Origin: an uncultured Alphaproteobacteria bacterium
Lineage (GTDB): Bacteria > Pseudomonadota > Alphaproteobacteria > Caulobacterales > Hyphomonadaceae
Assembly: GCA_903831255.1 (NCBI GenBank)
Contig: CAIKWZ010000075.1
Span: forward strand, 119,584-183,583
Direction of reading: 5' to 3'
DNA length: 64,000 nucleotides
The notes beneath the pieces are model-generated. The model ran no database searches. It was not told the DNA's origin and was given only the letters and a program-made list of their open reading frames with translations. Below are positions 20,255 through 30,035 of the stretch, one piece after another. The position numbers and the translations under genes are program-made. The stretch's first letter is position 1. Each line of letters begins with the position of its first letter.

Positions 20255-21528
20255 TCATGGTTCCGATAGGTGGTTCGGGAAAGGGCCAATGCGACCAGGC
20301 TCAGTCCCGCCGCCCCGCTGAAATAGAGGCCAACCCAGCCAAGGCCGCCTTCTTCCGCCAGAACCTGCGCGACAATCGGCGTCAGGCCTCCTCCGAGCAC
20401 GCCGCCGACATTGAAGGCCAGGCTAGCGCCGGAATAGCGGACCCGCGTCGGAAAAAGACCGGGCAGCCAGGCCCCGAGAGGACCATAAACAAACCCCATG
20501 ATCAGGAGTGCAAGAGACAGAAATACGCCGACCAGAACAAGGGACGAAGACCCCATCAGAGGGGCGGCAAGAAAGCCCGCTGCGACAGCAGCGAGGCATC
20601 CGGCCATCAACACATAACGGGAGCTGAGAGCATCCGAGAGATAGCCTGAGGCGATTATTCCGATAGCCATGAAAAGAATAGCGATCAGCTGAACCAGCAG
20701 AAAAGCTTCGCGAGAATATCCGAGCTCCGTTGTTCCAAATCCCAGCGCGAAGGCGGTGGCGACGTAATAAACGACAAAGCAGGCGACCACAGCGAATGTC
20801 CCGCCAAGGACCTCTCGCCAGTGAGATCTCAGTAGCTCCCCGAGAGGGATTAGCGCTGGCGCTTTTTCCTGACGCGCCTTCGAAAACGCCGGCGTCTCGG
20901 TCAGGCTGAGCCGCACCCAAAGCCCAACTGCGACAAGCAACGCGCTTGCAAGGAAGGGTAACCTCCAGCCCCAGTTCTGAAAGTCCTCCTCGCTCAGGCC
21001 GAGACCGAGCAGAAGAAAGAAGCCATTCGCAGCGATAAATCCGACCGGCGCGCCGAGCTGCGGGAACATCCCAAAGCGGGCCCTTTTTCCATCAGGCGCG
21101 TTTTCAACCGCCAGCAGGGCGGCCCCTCCCCATTCTCCTCCAAGACCAAGCCCCTGTCCGAAACGAAGAAGACAAAGCAATGCCGGAGCAACCCACCCGA
21201 CCATCTGAAAGGTCGGCAGGAAAGCGATAAGGGTCGTCGACACGCCCATCAGAAGGAGCGAGGCGACAAGGGTCGCCTTACGACCCATTCGGTCGCCAAA
21301 ATGACCAAAAAACACAGCCCCGACGGGTCGCGCGATAAAGGCTATTGCGAATGTGGCATAGGCTGAAAGCAACTGTGCAGACGGAGAGGACGCAGGAAAG
21401 AAGAGCGGTCCGAAAACGAGGGACGCCGCCGTCGCATAGATATAGAAATCATAGAATTCTATGGCGGTTCCGATGAGACTTGCAGCAAGGACGCGCCGGA
21501 CTGACGCGGGCGATCCTTGCCCGTGCAT
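20251..21528 (-). CDS. MFS transporter, metabolite:H+ symporter (MHS) family
   Basis: AIEFYDFYIYATAA and FFGHFGDRMGRKATL signatures, with about 12 hydrophobic spans. The ATG at 21528 lies 7 nt after AAGGGG. The longer ORF-track form overlaps the rlmN stop. Confidence 0.85.
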   Translation of the reverse strand: MHGQGSPASVRRVLAASLIGTAIEFYDFYIYATAASLVFGPLFFPASSPSAQLLSAYATFAIAFIARPVGAVFFGHFGDRMGRKATLVASLLLMGVSTTLIAFLPTFQMVGWVAPALLCLLRFGQGLGLGGEWGGAALLAVENAPDGKRARFGMFPQLGAPVGFIAANGFFLLLGLGLSEEDFQNWGWRLPFLASALLVAVGLWVRLSLTETPAFSKARQEKAPALIPLGELLRSHWREVLGGTFAVVACFVVYYVATAFALGFGTTELGYSREAFLLVQLIAILFMAIGIIASGYLSDALSSRYVLMAGCLAAVAAGFLAAPLMGSSSLVLVGVFLSLALLIMGFVYGPLGAWLPGLFPTRVRYSGASLAFNVGGVLGGGLTPIVAQVLAEEGGLGWVGLYFSGAAGLSLVALALSRTTYRNHD

Positions 21529-21571
21529 AGTCGGCCCCTTCAGCTGCAAATCGGACATCGACGCCACCAGA

Positions 21572-22750
21572 TCACGAAACATCCTCAGAGTTGAAGCCCG
21601 CCAAACGACGAGCCATACGCTCCTTGCCTGTTTCTTTCACACTCTCGGAACGAAGCTGACCGCAAGCGGCCAGAATATCCCGACCCCGAGGGGTTCGGAT
21701 GGGACTTGCATAACCTGCGCGATTCAGGACCTCAGCGAACGCCTCGATGGTCGCCCAGTCAGAGCACTCATATCGAGTTCCAGGCCATGGATTGAAGGGT
21801 ATGAGGTTGATCTTGGAGGGAATCCCCTTCAGCAACCGCACAAGGTCACGTGCTTCCGCAAGAGAATCGTTCACCCCCTTGAGCATGACATATTCAAACG
21901 TCACGCGCTTGGAGTTCGAAAGGTCTGGATAAGCTCTTATCGCTTCGAACAATGCCTTGAGATCGTACTTTTTATTCAGTGGCACCAGTTCGTTTCGGAG
22001 TTCATCCCTTGTCGCGTGCAGACTGATCGCCAGCATCGCACCCGTTCTCTGACCGAGTTCGACAATTTTAGGAGCAACCCCGGCCGTCGAAACCGTGATC
22101 CGGCGCCTTGAGATCGAGATCCCGTCCCCATCGGAAATTGTCTCGAGGGCCTCAACAACATTATCCAGATTATAGAGCGGCTCTCCCATCCCCATGAAGA
22201 CGATGTTGGTGAGGCGCCGATCCTCTTGCGAGGTCGGCCACTCCCCAAGCTCATCGCGCGCCACCAGGAGCTGGCTGACGATCTCGGCTGCAGTCAGATT
22301 TCGGACCAGTTTCTGCGTTCCTGTGTGACAGAAGGAACAGGTCAGGGTGCAGCCGACCTGACTGGAGACACATAACGCTCCCGCCTTCCCGACACCGGGT
22401 ATATAAACACTTTCAACTTCGGTCTGGGGTCCCACACCGATCAGCCATTTCTGCGTTCCGTCCGAAGACGTCTGGCTGGTAAGAATAGGCGGCCTCTCGA
22501 CGGTCAGCCTCATCGCAAGGTCCGCGCGCAGATCCTTCGCGATATCAGTCATCGCCGAAAAATCGGTCACACCGTAATGATAGATCCAGCTCCAGATCTG
22601 ACTGGCGCGCATGCGCGCCTTTTTCTCGTCAACGCCTGCCTCTATGAGCGCCGCCCTCAGTGCCTGGCGACCCAGACCGGAAATGTTCACAAGCTTAGCC
22701 GCCCCCTCTGAAAGGGCCCGGCCGTGCGCAATATCGAGGGAATGAGCCAT
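21572..22750 (-). CDS. rlmN: 23S rRNA/tRNA m2A methyltransferase RlmN (radical SAM)
   Basis: Radical-SAM cluster motif [26 protein letters not shown], and C-terminal ACGQL. Confidence 0.95.
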   Translation of the reverse strand: MAHSLDIAHGRALSEGAAKLVNISGLGRQALRAALIEAGVDEKKARMRASQIWSWIYHYGVTDFSAMTDIAKDLRADLAMRLTVERPPILTSQTSSDGTQKWLIGVGPQTEVESVYIPGVGKAGALCVSSQVGCTLTCSFCHTGTQKLVRNLTAAEIVSQLLVARDELGEWPTSQEDRRLTNIVFMGMGEPLYNLDNVVEALETISDGDGISISRRRITVSTAGVAPKIVELGQRTGAMLAISLHATRDELRNELVPLNKKYDLKALFEAIRAYPDLSNSKRVTFEYVMLKGVNDSLAEARDLVRLLKGIPSKINLIPFNPWPGTRYECSDWATIEAFAEVLNRAGYASPIRTPRGRDILAACGQLRSESVKETGKERMARRLAGFNSEDVS

Positions 22751-22817
22751 TCTTCAGTCCTCACCGACAACAATCAGGCGTTCGATCGGCCCTCCGGGCG
22801 TCTGGAAGGATCGAAAA

Positions 22818-23354
22818 CTAACGACAGATGGTTCGAGCGCGGTCAATCGCCTCCGTCGATCCCTTGAGAGAGAAATGATAGGCCGTTCTGACCGGCTTGG
22901 TGGAAGCAGCCTCGATCCTGAGTTCGCTGCCCTTTTTGAGCGCTGCGAGAAGCGCTTTCTCGGTCTGATCAGAAGCGAATGCTTCCTTGCCCGCCGCAAA
23001 CAGTCGAAACCTGTCACGACCTATGATCGCCTGTGGCGCGATATCGGAACGAAGGTCATACCCGACCTTAAGGCTAGGCTGGCTCGACGCCGCGCCCGAT
23101 CTCCACGTGGCGACAAAGAAATTGACCTCTCCATGCTGAACATCTTTCGGCGCAGCATCGAAAGCAGTGGTCGCAGCGTAACACACGAGATCGCGACCGA
23201 CCGTTTCGGTATATACGCGCCAGTCCTTGAAACGACCGATCGCCCTGACCTCCGAGACACCCGGGCGGCCGACTGCACAAACCGCGATCAGAAGTCCTAT
23301 CCTGACTATCCAAGCCAAATTCCGCACGTGAAGAGACCCTCTTTGCGACCTCAC
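22818..23354 (-). CDS. Invasion-associated locus B (IalB)-like periplasmic protein
   Basis: Signal peptide, FKDWRVY...LVCYA, and C-terminal FSLKGSTEAIDRA pattern. Sits upstream of rlmN, a position conserved in alphaproteobacteria. Confidence 0.6.
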   Translation of the reverse strand: MRSQRGSLHVRNLAWIVRIGLLIAVCAVGRPGVSEVRAIGRFKDWRVYTETVGRDLVCYAATTAFDAAPKDVQHGEVNFFVATWRSGAASSQPSLKVGYDLRSDIAPQAIIGRDRFRLFAAGKEAFASDQTEKALLAALKKGSELRIEAASTKPVRTAYHFSLKGSTEAIDRARTICR

Positions 23355-23397
23355 ACCCGCTAAATCGCGGCGCTCTCTGAAGTCTTAATCTCCGAAG

Positions 23398-23964
23398 CTA
23401 GCGAGGCGCTCGCTTGGCGAGAATTCTCTGAAGGGTCCGACGATGCATGTTAAGACGGCGGGCGGTCTCGGAAACATTATGGTTGCAGAGCTCATACACT
23501 CGCTGAATGTGCTCCCACCGAACGCGGTCCGCCGACATTGGGTTTTCCGGGGGATTTGGACGATTTTCTCTCGCCGATAACAATGAGTTAACGATATCCT
23601 CGACGTCAGCCGGTTTGGGCAGATAGTCGATGGCGCCAGCCTTGACGGCCGCCACCGCAGTGGCGATCGCCCCGTAACCTGTCAGAATTACCGCGTGACT
23701 GTCTTCACGTTCCTGATGCAGGAGCTCCACCACCTCAAGGCCGCTGCCATCCTCCAGCCGCAGGTCGACAACAGCGAAAGCCGGAGGCGACTTTTTCAGA
23801 AGGTCGCGAGCCTCCGAGACAGACCCCACCGAAAGCACGTCAAAGCCGCGCGCGGACATTGCGCGCGCTAACCGCGCCCGAAATGGGGCATCATCGTCTA
23901 GAACCATCAGGGTCCGATCTTCCAGACCGGCGACTCTGGGATCTGAGTCCGAATTATCGTCCAC
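23398..23964 (-). CDS. regA: Redox response regulator RegA/ActR/PrrA
   Basis: Receiver domain (LMVLDDD...VVDLRLEDGSG) and the near-invariant HTH NVSETARRLNMHRRTLQRILAKRAPR. Confidence 0.9.
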   Translation of the reverse strand: MDDNSDSDPRVAGLEDRTLMVLDDDAPFRARLARAMSARGFDVLSVGSVSEARDLLKKSPPAFAVVDLRLEDGSGLEVVELLHQEREDSHAVILTGYGAIATAVAAVKAGAIDYLPKPADVEDIVNSLLSARENRPNPPENPMSADRVRWEHIQRVYELCNHNVSETARRLNMHRRTLQRILAKRAPR

Positions 23965-24030
23965 CTCTATCTCCGTTCATGTCTAACGCGACGTCCGGCC
24001 CAACACGCCCGTAAAGGCTATGGGCCAGGT

Positions 24031-25458
24031 TCAGGCCTCAATCCAGCCCGGAGGGGCTTCGATCGCCTCCCTGGGCCAGACAATTCGCACCACCGCCCCC
24101 CTCGCCGGGGATTGACGGTTATACGGCGTCACTCGCGCGCCGGTCCGCTCGAGAAGTGTGCAGGCGATGAAAAATCCCAATCCAAGACCGCCCCCCCTCT
24201 GCTCAACGCTTCGATCGCTAAAATAGGGTTCCCCGAGTTTCGCCAGAACGGAGGCGGCAAAGCCCGGACCATCATCGGTGATATAGACCCGAACCTCGGT
24301 CTCCGACCAGCGCGCATTCACCGTGACATCCTTCGTCGCGAAGCTGACAGCATTCTCGATGAACGCCCCGAGCGCGTGAATGATCTCCGGCCTGCGCACC
24401 ACGACCGGAGGGCGATTGGGATCGCCCGCGGCGCTGGAAAGAGGAGAACAGGAACACTGTACGCGAACCCCGGCTGATGAATGTGGCTCGGAGGCCTCTT
24501 CCATCAGCGAGGGAAGGGTCGCCCTCGACATAGCAGCATCCGTCGCCTGACGTCGGGCCGAAATCTGTCGAAGAATAGCCCGACATCGGTCGGACTGTTC
24601 GATGATAAGATCAACATCCTCACGACCGGGGTGATCGGGCCTGACGGTTCGGGCAAGTTCCCGCGCAGCAAGATGGATCGTCGCCATGGGGGTGCCAAGC
24701 TCATGCGCGGTTGCTGCAGCAAGCGCCCCAAGAGCGGAAAGCTGCTGCTCCCGGGCCAGAACCGCCTGAACGGCGTCGAGAGCGGAAACGAGGCGCGCCT
24801 CGTCCCGTCCGGTCCGCCAGGCCGACACGGAGAAGAACAACAGGCCGATCCCGATCGCAGCCAGCTGCCCGGCCTGATAGAGAACAGGAAGCTGGAACCC
24901 CTCGCCCTCCCTCCAGGGTAACTCGAGCCCGAGAACCGACATCCCAACACAACAGGATAGGGCCAGAAGGGACAGCAGAGCTGCGTATGCGGGGAGCAAT
25001 CTGGACGCACCGACTGTGACGGGGGCAAGGATCATAAGCAAAAAAGGATTCTGAAGCCCTCCGGTCAATCCGATCAGAACCGCCAGCTGAACGATGTCGA
25101 ACGCCAGCTGGCCGGCCGTTTCGCTCGAGGAGGCGAGGTGCTGGGCTGGGAAGAGGGCCATGAGCGCCACGTTGACCCAGGCCGAAGCTCCGATGGCGGC
25201 CAGACAGGCTGCAAGCGGCAGCTCGAAACCAAGAAGAAAGTGAACAATGAGCACTGCGCCCAGCTGGCCCCCAATAGCCAGCCATCTCAATGAAACAAGC
25301 GTCCGCAGACGCGCGCGTCCAAACGCTGAACCCATGTTTCGAAGCGTTTCTCCGCCCCGTAAGACATCCGAGCCTGAAGGTCGGCTTGAAGCTCCCGCCG
25401 CGTCAGCCATCGCCATACTCCCGCAGCACTCAGCCGCACTTCCCATCACATTGGACAC
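24031..25458 (-). CDS. regB: Redox sensor histidine kinase RegB/ActS/PrrB
   Basis: Quinone-site heptapeptide GGLQNPF, H-box AATAHELGTP, redox-box Cys in SDRCRAILRQI, and the ATP lid GGGLGLGFFI. The start is uncertain. The ATG at 25410 (GGGAG plus 7 nt) is favoured over 25458, which would leave only 16 bp to senC. Confidence 0.85.
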   Translation of the reverse strand: MSNVMGSAAECCGSMAMADAAGASSRPSGSDVLRGGETLRNMGSAFGRARLRTLVSLRWLAIGGQLGAVLIVHFLLGFELPLAACLAAIGASAWVNVALMALFPAQHLASSSETAGQLAFDIVQLAVLIGLTGGLQNPFLLMILAPVTVGASRLLPAYAALLSLLALSCCVGMSVLGLELPWREGEGFQLPVLYQAGQLAAIGIGLLFFSVSAWRTGRDEARLVSALDAVQAVLAREQQLSALGALAAATAHELGTPMATIHLAARELARTVRPDHPGREDVDLIIEQSDRCRAILRQISARRQATDAAMSRATLPSLMEEASEPHSSAGVRVQCSCSPLSSAAGDPNRPPVVVRRPEIIHALGAFIENAVSFATKDVTVNARWSETEVRVYITDDGPGFAASVLAKLGEPYFSDRSVEQRGGGLGLGFFIACTLLERTGARVTPYNRQSPARGAVVRIVWPREAIEAPPGWIEA

Positions 25459-25474
25459 GTGCTTTCACAATGGC

Positions 25475-26071
25475 ATGCGTTCAACGCCACTCACAGCTCT
25501 TGCAACCGCCCTTCTCGTCGCCGCCTGCACGCCCGAGACCAAGGTGAGCGCGGATCCCTCATGTTTGACCAGAAGCTCTGACAAGATCGGGGGCCCTTTC
25601 TCGCTCATCTCTCACAAAGGAGAGCGGATCACAGAAGCGAACTTCAGAGGTAGGAAAACTCTGGTTTTTTTCGGCTTCACTTACTGCCCGGACGTATGCC
25701 CTCAAACGCTCTATTCCCTCGGCTCCGCACTGTCGATGATGCCGGAAGGAGTTCCTCGCCCCCTGACGGCCCTAATCTCTGTAGACCCTGAGCGCGACAC
25801 GCCGGAAGCGCTTGGCCGGTACATAGCCAGCACTGGTTTTCCGTCAGACATTGTGGCCCTGACCGGTGACCAGAATGAACTGAAGACCGCCGCTGCAGGC
25901 TTCGCAGCCAGCTTTGAGCGCGTGGAGGACCCGGATAGCCAATCCGGATATCTGATGAATCACACATCGATCATCTATCTCATGGATGAAGATTGGCGCC
26001 TGAAGACATTCTTCACCCCGGACGCTCGCCCGGAAGACATAGCTCGTTGTCTGCAGGCGATGGGGGGCTAG
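25475..26071 (+). CDS. senC: SCO1/SenC copper chaperone (thioredoxin fold)
   Basis: FFGFTYCPDVCP CxxxC motif and a membrane-anchor/lipoprotein-like N-terminus MRSTPLTALATALLVAAC. Divergent from regB as in Rhodobacter. The ORF-track start at 25247 is over-extended. Confidence 0.9.
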   Translation: MRSTPLTALATALLVAACTPETKVSADPSCLTRSSDKIGGPFSLISHKGERITEANFRGRKTLVFFGFTYCPDVCPQTLYSLGSALSMMPEGVPRPLTALISVDPERDTPEALGRYIASTGFPSDIVALTGDQNELKTAAAGFAASFERVEDPDSQSGYLMNHTSIIYLMDEDWRLKTFFTPDARPEDIARCLQAMGG

Positions 26072-26106
26072 AACCCCATGCGCCTGCCGTGGTGACGGGT
26101 GGCCTG

Positions 26107-27660
26107 TTACGGGGCCGAATGGCTGGCAGAAAGTCCAAGAGTCTCCTTGGTGAGCTCTTCAGGACTCGAAAAATCGCCAAACTTCAACGGAGACTTTGGC
26201 GACAGTTTTAGAGACAGCGTACCGGGTTTCGCGACAAAATCGGAAAGGGCGCTCAGAATCTCATCTGCAAGACCGGCATCAATCCCCGCAGAAGACAGAT
26301 CTGTCTTCAGAGCGGCGATTTGATTGACAATATCGGATCTGAGCGACTCAGGATCTGGCGCTCCAATAAGGCCCGACAGATTGAGAAGCCGATTGACCAG
26401 CGACTTGTCGGTGAGCTTCAGGTCCAGATCTACGAGGGTCAAATCCCCGAGACCGCTGAGATCAGGCTCAAGACCCGTCGCGAGCGGATCGGCGCTGGCG
26501 GCGGAGAACAGCGCCTTCATCGCCGACTGCACCCCCTTAAATCCCCCCGTCAGTGAAAGATCGAACCCATCCTTCAGTCCGAAACTGTACTTGGTGAACC
26601 GCGTTGTATCCGTCTTAGGGTCGAAAGCAGCGTCCGTCTCACCATAGAGCTCCAGAGACTGATAGCCGACCATACCGAGCGCGCCCCCGACGAGCGCTCC
26701 CAGCTGTCCCTGGGCGGCGTCGGCCGCCAGCGTCACGGACGCACGGGGGGCCGTGACGTTTACCGCGACGCCGTCCGAATTGCGAACGACCGCCTGTTCA
26801 AGCGGGGTTGTGATCAGTTTGAGCCCCGCAGCATCAATGTTAATGCCCGTCCAGGACAGTGAATCATACCCAGGATCAATCGGGCTCGTCATCGCCGACA
26901 GCATGGCCTGGTCCAGATTAGAAGCAGCGTTCGGATCCATGGCGGCTTGAAAGCCTGCAACGAGCTGACTGGCGATCGCCCCCGCTCGTAGATTGCGAAT
27001 CTCCCCGGTCCCAAAATCAAACGAACCCTTGACGGGGAAGCCCGCGCCGGCCTCGGCGGGAATGTCGAAATCGCCTTTCAGTCCGGCCAACGAAAACTCG
27101 CCCACCACCGACTTGTCGAGATCAGCGAACGACAGCGTCTCAAGGATCATATTGAACCCGCCCACGCCGCCGCCGAGTTGAGCCAGATCACCCTTCACCT
27201 GAAGGCCGCTAAGAACCGCAGCCCCCACCCCCCAGGCTTCGAAGGCCGGCGCGACAGCGCTCGGTCCCTCCGAGAAAACGGAGGCCAGATAGGCCCCTGT
27301 CGACGGGTTAAGGTCCCGAAGTGCGACCTCCTTAAGCGTCACCTCTAAGCCTGGAACGCTCGTCTCCGGCGACAGGCCGGTCAGGACGATATCAGACAGA
27401 ATGGGCTTGCCGTCCGGGGTCAGATCGAGGCCGTCCAGAACCATGGTATCGGCCTTGAACCCGCCGCTGTCAGATGACAACACCACGTCCTTAAAGGTGA
27501 ATTTGTCTCCCGAAGATGATTTCGAGGCATATTTTACCAATCCAGACTGCCCATCGGCGAGTTTCATTGCTTCAATAGCGGATGCCGCGTCACGACCGTC
27601 TGAACAGGCCGCCGTCGCGATAAGAGCTGCGACCGCGATCATACCTCTTCTCATTTTCAC
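26107..27660 (-). CDS. Hypothetical lipoprotein (517 aa), no recognised domain
   Basis: Signal and Cys: MKMRRGMIAVAALIATAA|C. Composition is rich in Gly/Leu/Asp/Ser/Ala and looks protein-like. It vaguely resembles alphaproteobacterial DUF2125-type proteins, but I cannot verify this. Confidence 0.6.
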   Translation of the reverse strand: MKMRRGMIAVAALIATAACSDGRDAASAIEAMKLADGQSGLVKYASKSSSGDKFTFKDVVLSSDSGGFKADTMVLDGLDLTPDGKPILSDIVLTGLSPETSVPGLEVTLKEVALRDLNPSTGAYLASVFSEGPSAVAPAFEAWGVGAAVLSGLQVKGDLAQLGGGVGGFNMILETLSFADLDKSVVGEFSLAGLKGDFDIPAEAGAGFPVKGSFDFGTGEIRNLRAGAIASQLVAGFQAAMDPNAASNLDQAMLSAMTSPIDPGYDSLSWTGINIDAAGLKLITTPLEQAVVRNSDGVAVNVTAPRASVTLAADAAQGQLGALVGGALGMVGYQSLELYGETDAAFDPKTDTTRFTKYSFGLKDGFDLSLTGGFKGVQSAMKALFSAASADPLATGLEPDLSGLGDLTLVDLDLKLTDKSLVNRLLNLSGLIGAPDPESLRSDIVNQIAALKTDLSSAGIDAGLADEILSALSDFVAKPGTLSLKLSPKSPLKFGDFSSPEELTKETLGLSASHSAP

Positions 27661-27715
27661 CCGTCCTTGTTGTGTCGTGTTGCCTCAACCCCCGCGGGCC
27701 GCTACCCCTATTAGC

Positions 27716-28441
27716 ATGATCGTATCGGAATCCCACAATCGGGTGTTTCTGCTCGCCAAATCGGGGGCGTCTGTCCCCGTGAGGGTTCACATTGACAAGC
27801 GGGCCCGGCGCGTCTCTGTGCGGATCGACCCCCATGCTAGGGAGGCTGTCGCAACCGCTCCGGCCCTACGCCATGCGCTTGAAGCAATTTCCTTCGCATC
27901 GGAGCGGGTGGACTGGATCGCCGATCGGCTAGGCTCTCTGCCAAGACCTGTTCAGTTCCGGCCTGGCGCCTATATCCCCCTGCGAGGGGTCATTCATCGA
28001 CTGAAGCAAGCTGAATCCGGTCGAACAGTTCGCCTCGACAAGACTGGTCCGACACCTGTTCTCCTGATTCCGGGACCCAGGGACGCCTTTTCGGACAGAA
28101 CCCGCGCCTTCTTTCGAACTGCGGCACGGACAGACTTCGCGGCCAGAGTCGCTGTTCATGCAGAGACCCTGAACGTTTCTCCTAGATCTATCGCCATCAA
28201 GGACATGAAATCGCGTTGGGGATCTTGCAGCTCGGAAGGGCGTCTCAACTTTTCATGGAGACTTGTCTGCGCGCCGCCTTTCGCGCTTGACTACGTTGCC
28301 GCCCACGAAGTGGCTCATCTTCGGGAAATGAACCATTCCTCCCGCTTCTGGCGGCAAGTCTCGAGAACGATGCCGGATTGGGAGGACGCCCGGAAATGGC
28401 TTCAGGAACGGGGGTCCGCCCTTCAGGCCATAGGCGAGTGA
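27716..28441 (+). CDS. YgjP/DUF45-family (M48/SprT-like) zinc-dependent hydrolase
   Basis: SRWGSCSSEGRLNFSWRLVCAPPFALDYVAAHEVAHLREMNHSSRFW (HExxH plus downstream H). The ATG at 27716 gives 241 aa. The ORF-track form from 27401 overlaps the divergent lipoprotein gene. Confidence 0.8.
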   Translation: MIVSESHNRVFLLAKSGASVPVRVHIDKRARRVSVRIDPHAREAVATAPALRHALEAISFASERVDWIADRLGSLPRPVQFRPGAYIPLRGVIHRLKQAESGRTVRLDKTGPTPVLLIPGPRDAFSDRTRAFFRTAARTDFAARVAVHAETLNVSPRSIAIKDMKSRWGSCSSEGRLNFSWRLVCAPPFALDYVAAHEVAHLREMNHSSRFWRQVSRTMPDWEDARKWLQERGSALQAIGE

Positions 28442-28496
28442 ACCTTCCATCCAAAGGAATGATGGGTGCGCAAGACGCCTCACGGGAGGTTTATCT

Positions 28497-29966
28497 TTGA
28501 CCCAGGATCCTCGAAGTCAGGTCCGCCGTGCGCTTGCAGCGTTCGAGGCGCGGGATCGGGACCTCGCCGCCGAACATTTGCGACATCTTGTGCTCGCCAA
28601 GCCCGATCTGGGTCCGACATGGGGGCCTGTGGCTCGCATGGCCAAATCAATTGGCGAAGTGTCGACGGCGCTGACTGCCTACCACTTGTTTACAGAAATT
28701 GATCCTGACGATCGCGAACGTCGCCTTGAGCTGGGGGACACGCTCGCGGGAACGGGGCGGATGACTGAAGCAATAGACCTGGCGCATAGCCTGGCGCGGA
28801 GATGGCCCTCGCATCCGGCCACGCACCACTTCCTCGGCAATACCTTAGCTCAGCTCGGAGAGACCTCCGAAGCTCTCGAGAGTCTGCGCACCGCTATCCG
28901 TCTGTATCCCATCGCCGCCGATAGCTGGCTGACCCTGACCTCGCTGAAGCGCTTTACCGCCGACGACCCCGACCTGGCGCTCCTTCTTTCCGCCATTCCA
29001 AAGGCCGCTGGCGAAGACAATCTGGCTCGCGGCACTCTGCTCTACGCCCTTGGCAAGGCGCTCGACGATGTCGGTGACGATGATCGGGCATTCAAAACGT
29101 ATGCGGAAGGTGCCCGACTGATAGGCCTGGAGCGTCCGTTCAGCCATGCGGACAATGATGCGCTGCTCGCAGAAACTACGGCCCGCTTCGATCGAGATTT
29201 TCTGAGGTCGCTGTCGGCAAGCTCGGTAACCAGCGAGCGGGCGATATTTGTCGTCGGCCTTCCCCGATCCGGCACGACCCTGGTCGAACAGATCTTCGCT
29301 GCCCACTCGGCAGTATCGGACGGCGCCGAGGCCGGAGTTTTCAGACACGCCGCGATGGCGCTTCCGAACTTTCGTCCCTCGTCGATGACGGCGCTCGATC
29401 AGGATCCGAGATGGGGCGGCGACGCGTGGTCGCGCATCGGACAGTCCTATCTCCACCTTCTGAACGAACGGTTCGGAGAAAAAGGGAGACTGATCGACAA
29501 GACCCTCACCCACGCAAAGTGGATCGGACCAATCGCTCACATTCTTCCGAACGCTCGATTTATATGGATGAGGCGGAACCCCGGCGCGGTGGCATGGTCA
29601 TGCTTCAAGACGCGATTCGCAACAGGCATCGAATGGTCCTGGTCTCTAGAAGCGATGGGGAGGCATTTTCGGTTCATGGACCAAATGCACGCCCATTGGT
29701 CCCGAGAGTTTCCCGACAGAATGCTGACCGTCGATTATGAAAACCTGGTCGCCGAGCCTGATAAATGGATACCACGCATTCTAGAACACGCCGACCTCAA
29801 TGACGAACCGCAGACGCGCAGCTTTCATGAAGTGAAGCGATCGGTCCGGACAGCAAGCTCCTCCCAGGTGAGACAACCTTTGTACAACCGGTCCGTTGAC
29901 GGCTGGCGAGAGTATGAGCAGCGACTTGCCCCGTTCTTCGAAGCCTATGACCAGACCGGACAATAG
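28497..29966 (+). CDS. TPR-repeat protein fused to a Sulfotransfer_3 / tyrosylprotein-sulfotransferase-like domain
   Basis: TTG start 7 nt after GGGAGG. The N-terminal roughly 230 aa are TPR-like helical repeats. PAPS 5'-PSB loop VVGLPRSGTTLVEQIF and 3'-PB segment RFIWMRRNPGAVAWSCF. No signal peptide. Confidence 0.8.
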   Translation: MTQDPRSQVRRALAAFEARDRDLAAEHLRHLVLAKPDLGPTWGPVARMAKSIGEVSTALTAYHLFTEIDPDDRERRLELGDTLAGTGRMTEAIDLAHSLARRWPSHPATHHFLGNTLAQLGETSEALESLRTAIRLYPIAADSWLTLTSLKRFTADDPDLALLLSAIPKAAGEDNLARGTLLYALGKALDDVGDDDRAFKTYAEGARLIGLERPFSHADNDALLAETTARFDRDFLRSLSASSVTSERAIFVVGLPRSGTTLVEQIFAAHSAVSDGAEAGVFRHAAMALPNFRPSSMTALDQDPRWGGDAWSRIGQSYLHLLNERFGEKGRLIDKTLTHAKWIGPIAHILPNARFIWMRRNPGAVAWSCFKTRFATGIEWSWSLEAMGRHFRFMDQMHAHWSREFPDRMLTVDYENLVAEPDKWIPRILEHADLNDEPQTRSFHEVKRSVRTASSSQVRQPLYNRSVDGWREYEQRLAPFFEAYDQTGQ

Positions 29967-29984
29967 TCTTTAACCGACACATAA

Positions 29985-30013
29985 AAAGGGCGGCGGGTGC
30001 TCCGCCGCCCTTT
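29985..30013. terminator. Bidirectional intrinsic terminator
   Basis: AAAGGGCGGCGG-gtgct-CCGCCGCCCTTT lies between the convergent sulfotransferase (stop 29966) and the TBDR (stop 30036). An A5 run on the left gives a U-tract for the minus-strand transcript. Confidence 0.8.
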
Positions 30014-30035
30014 CCATTTCAAACAAACCGCAGGA

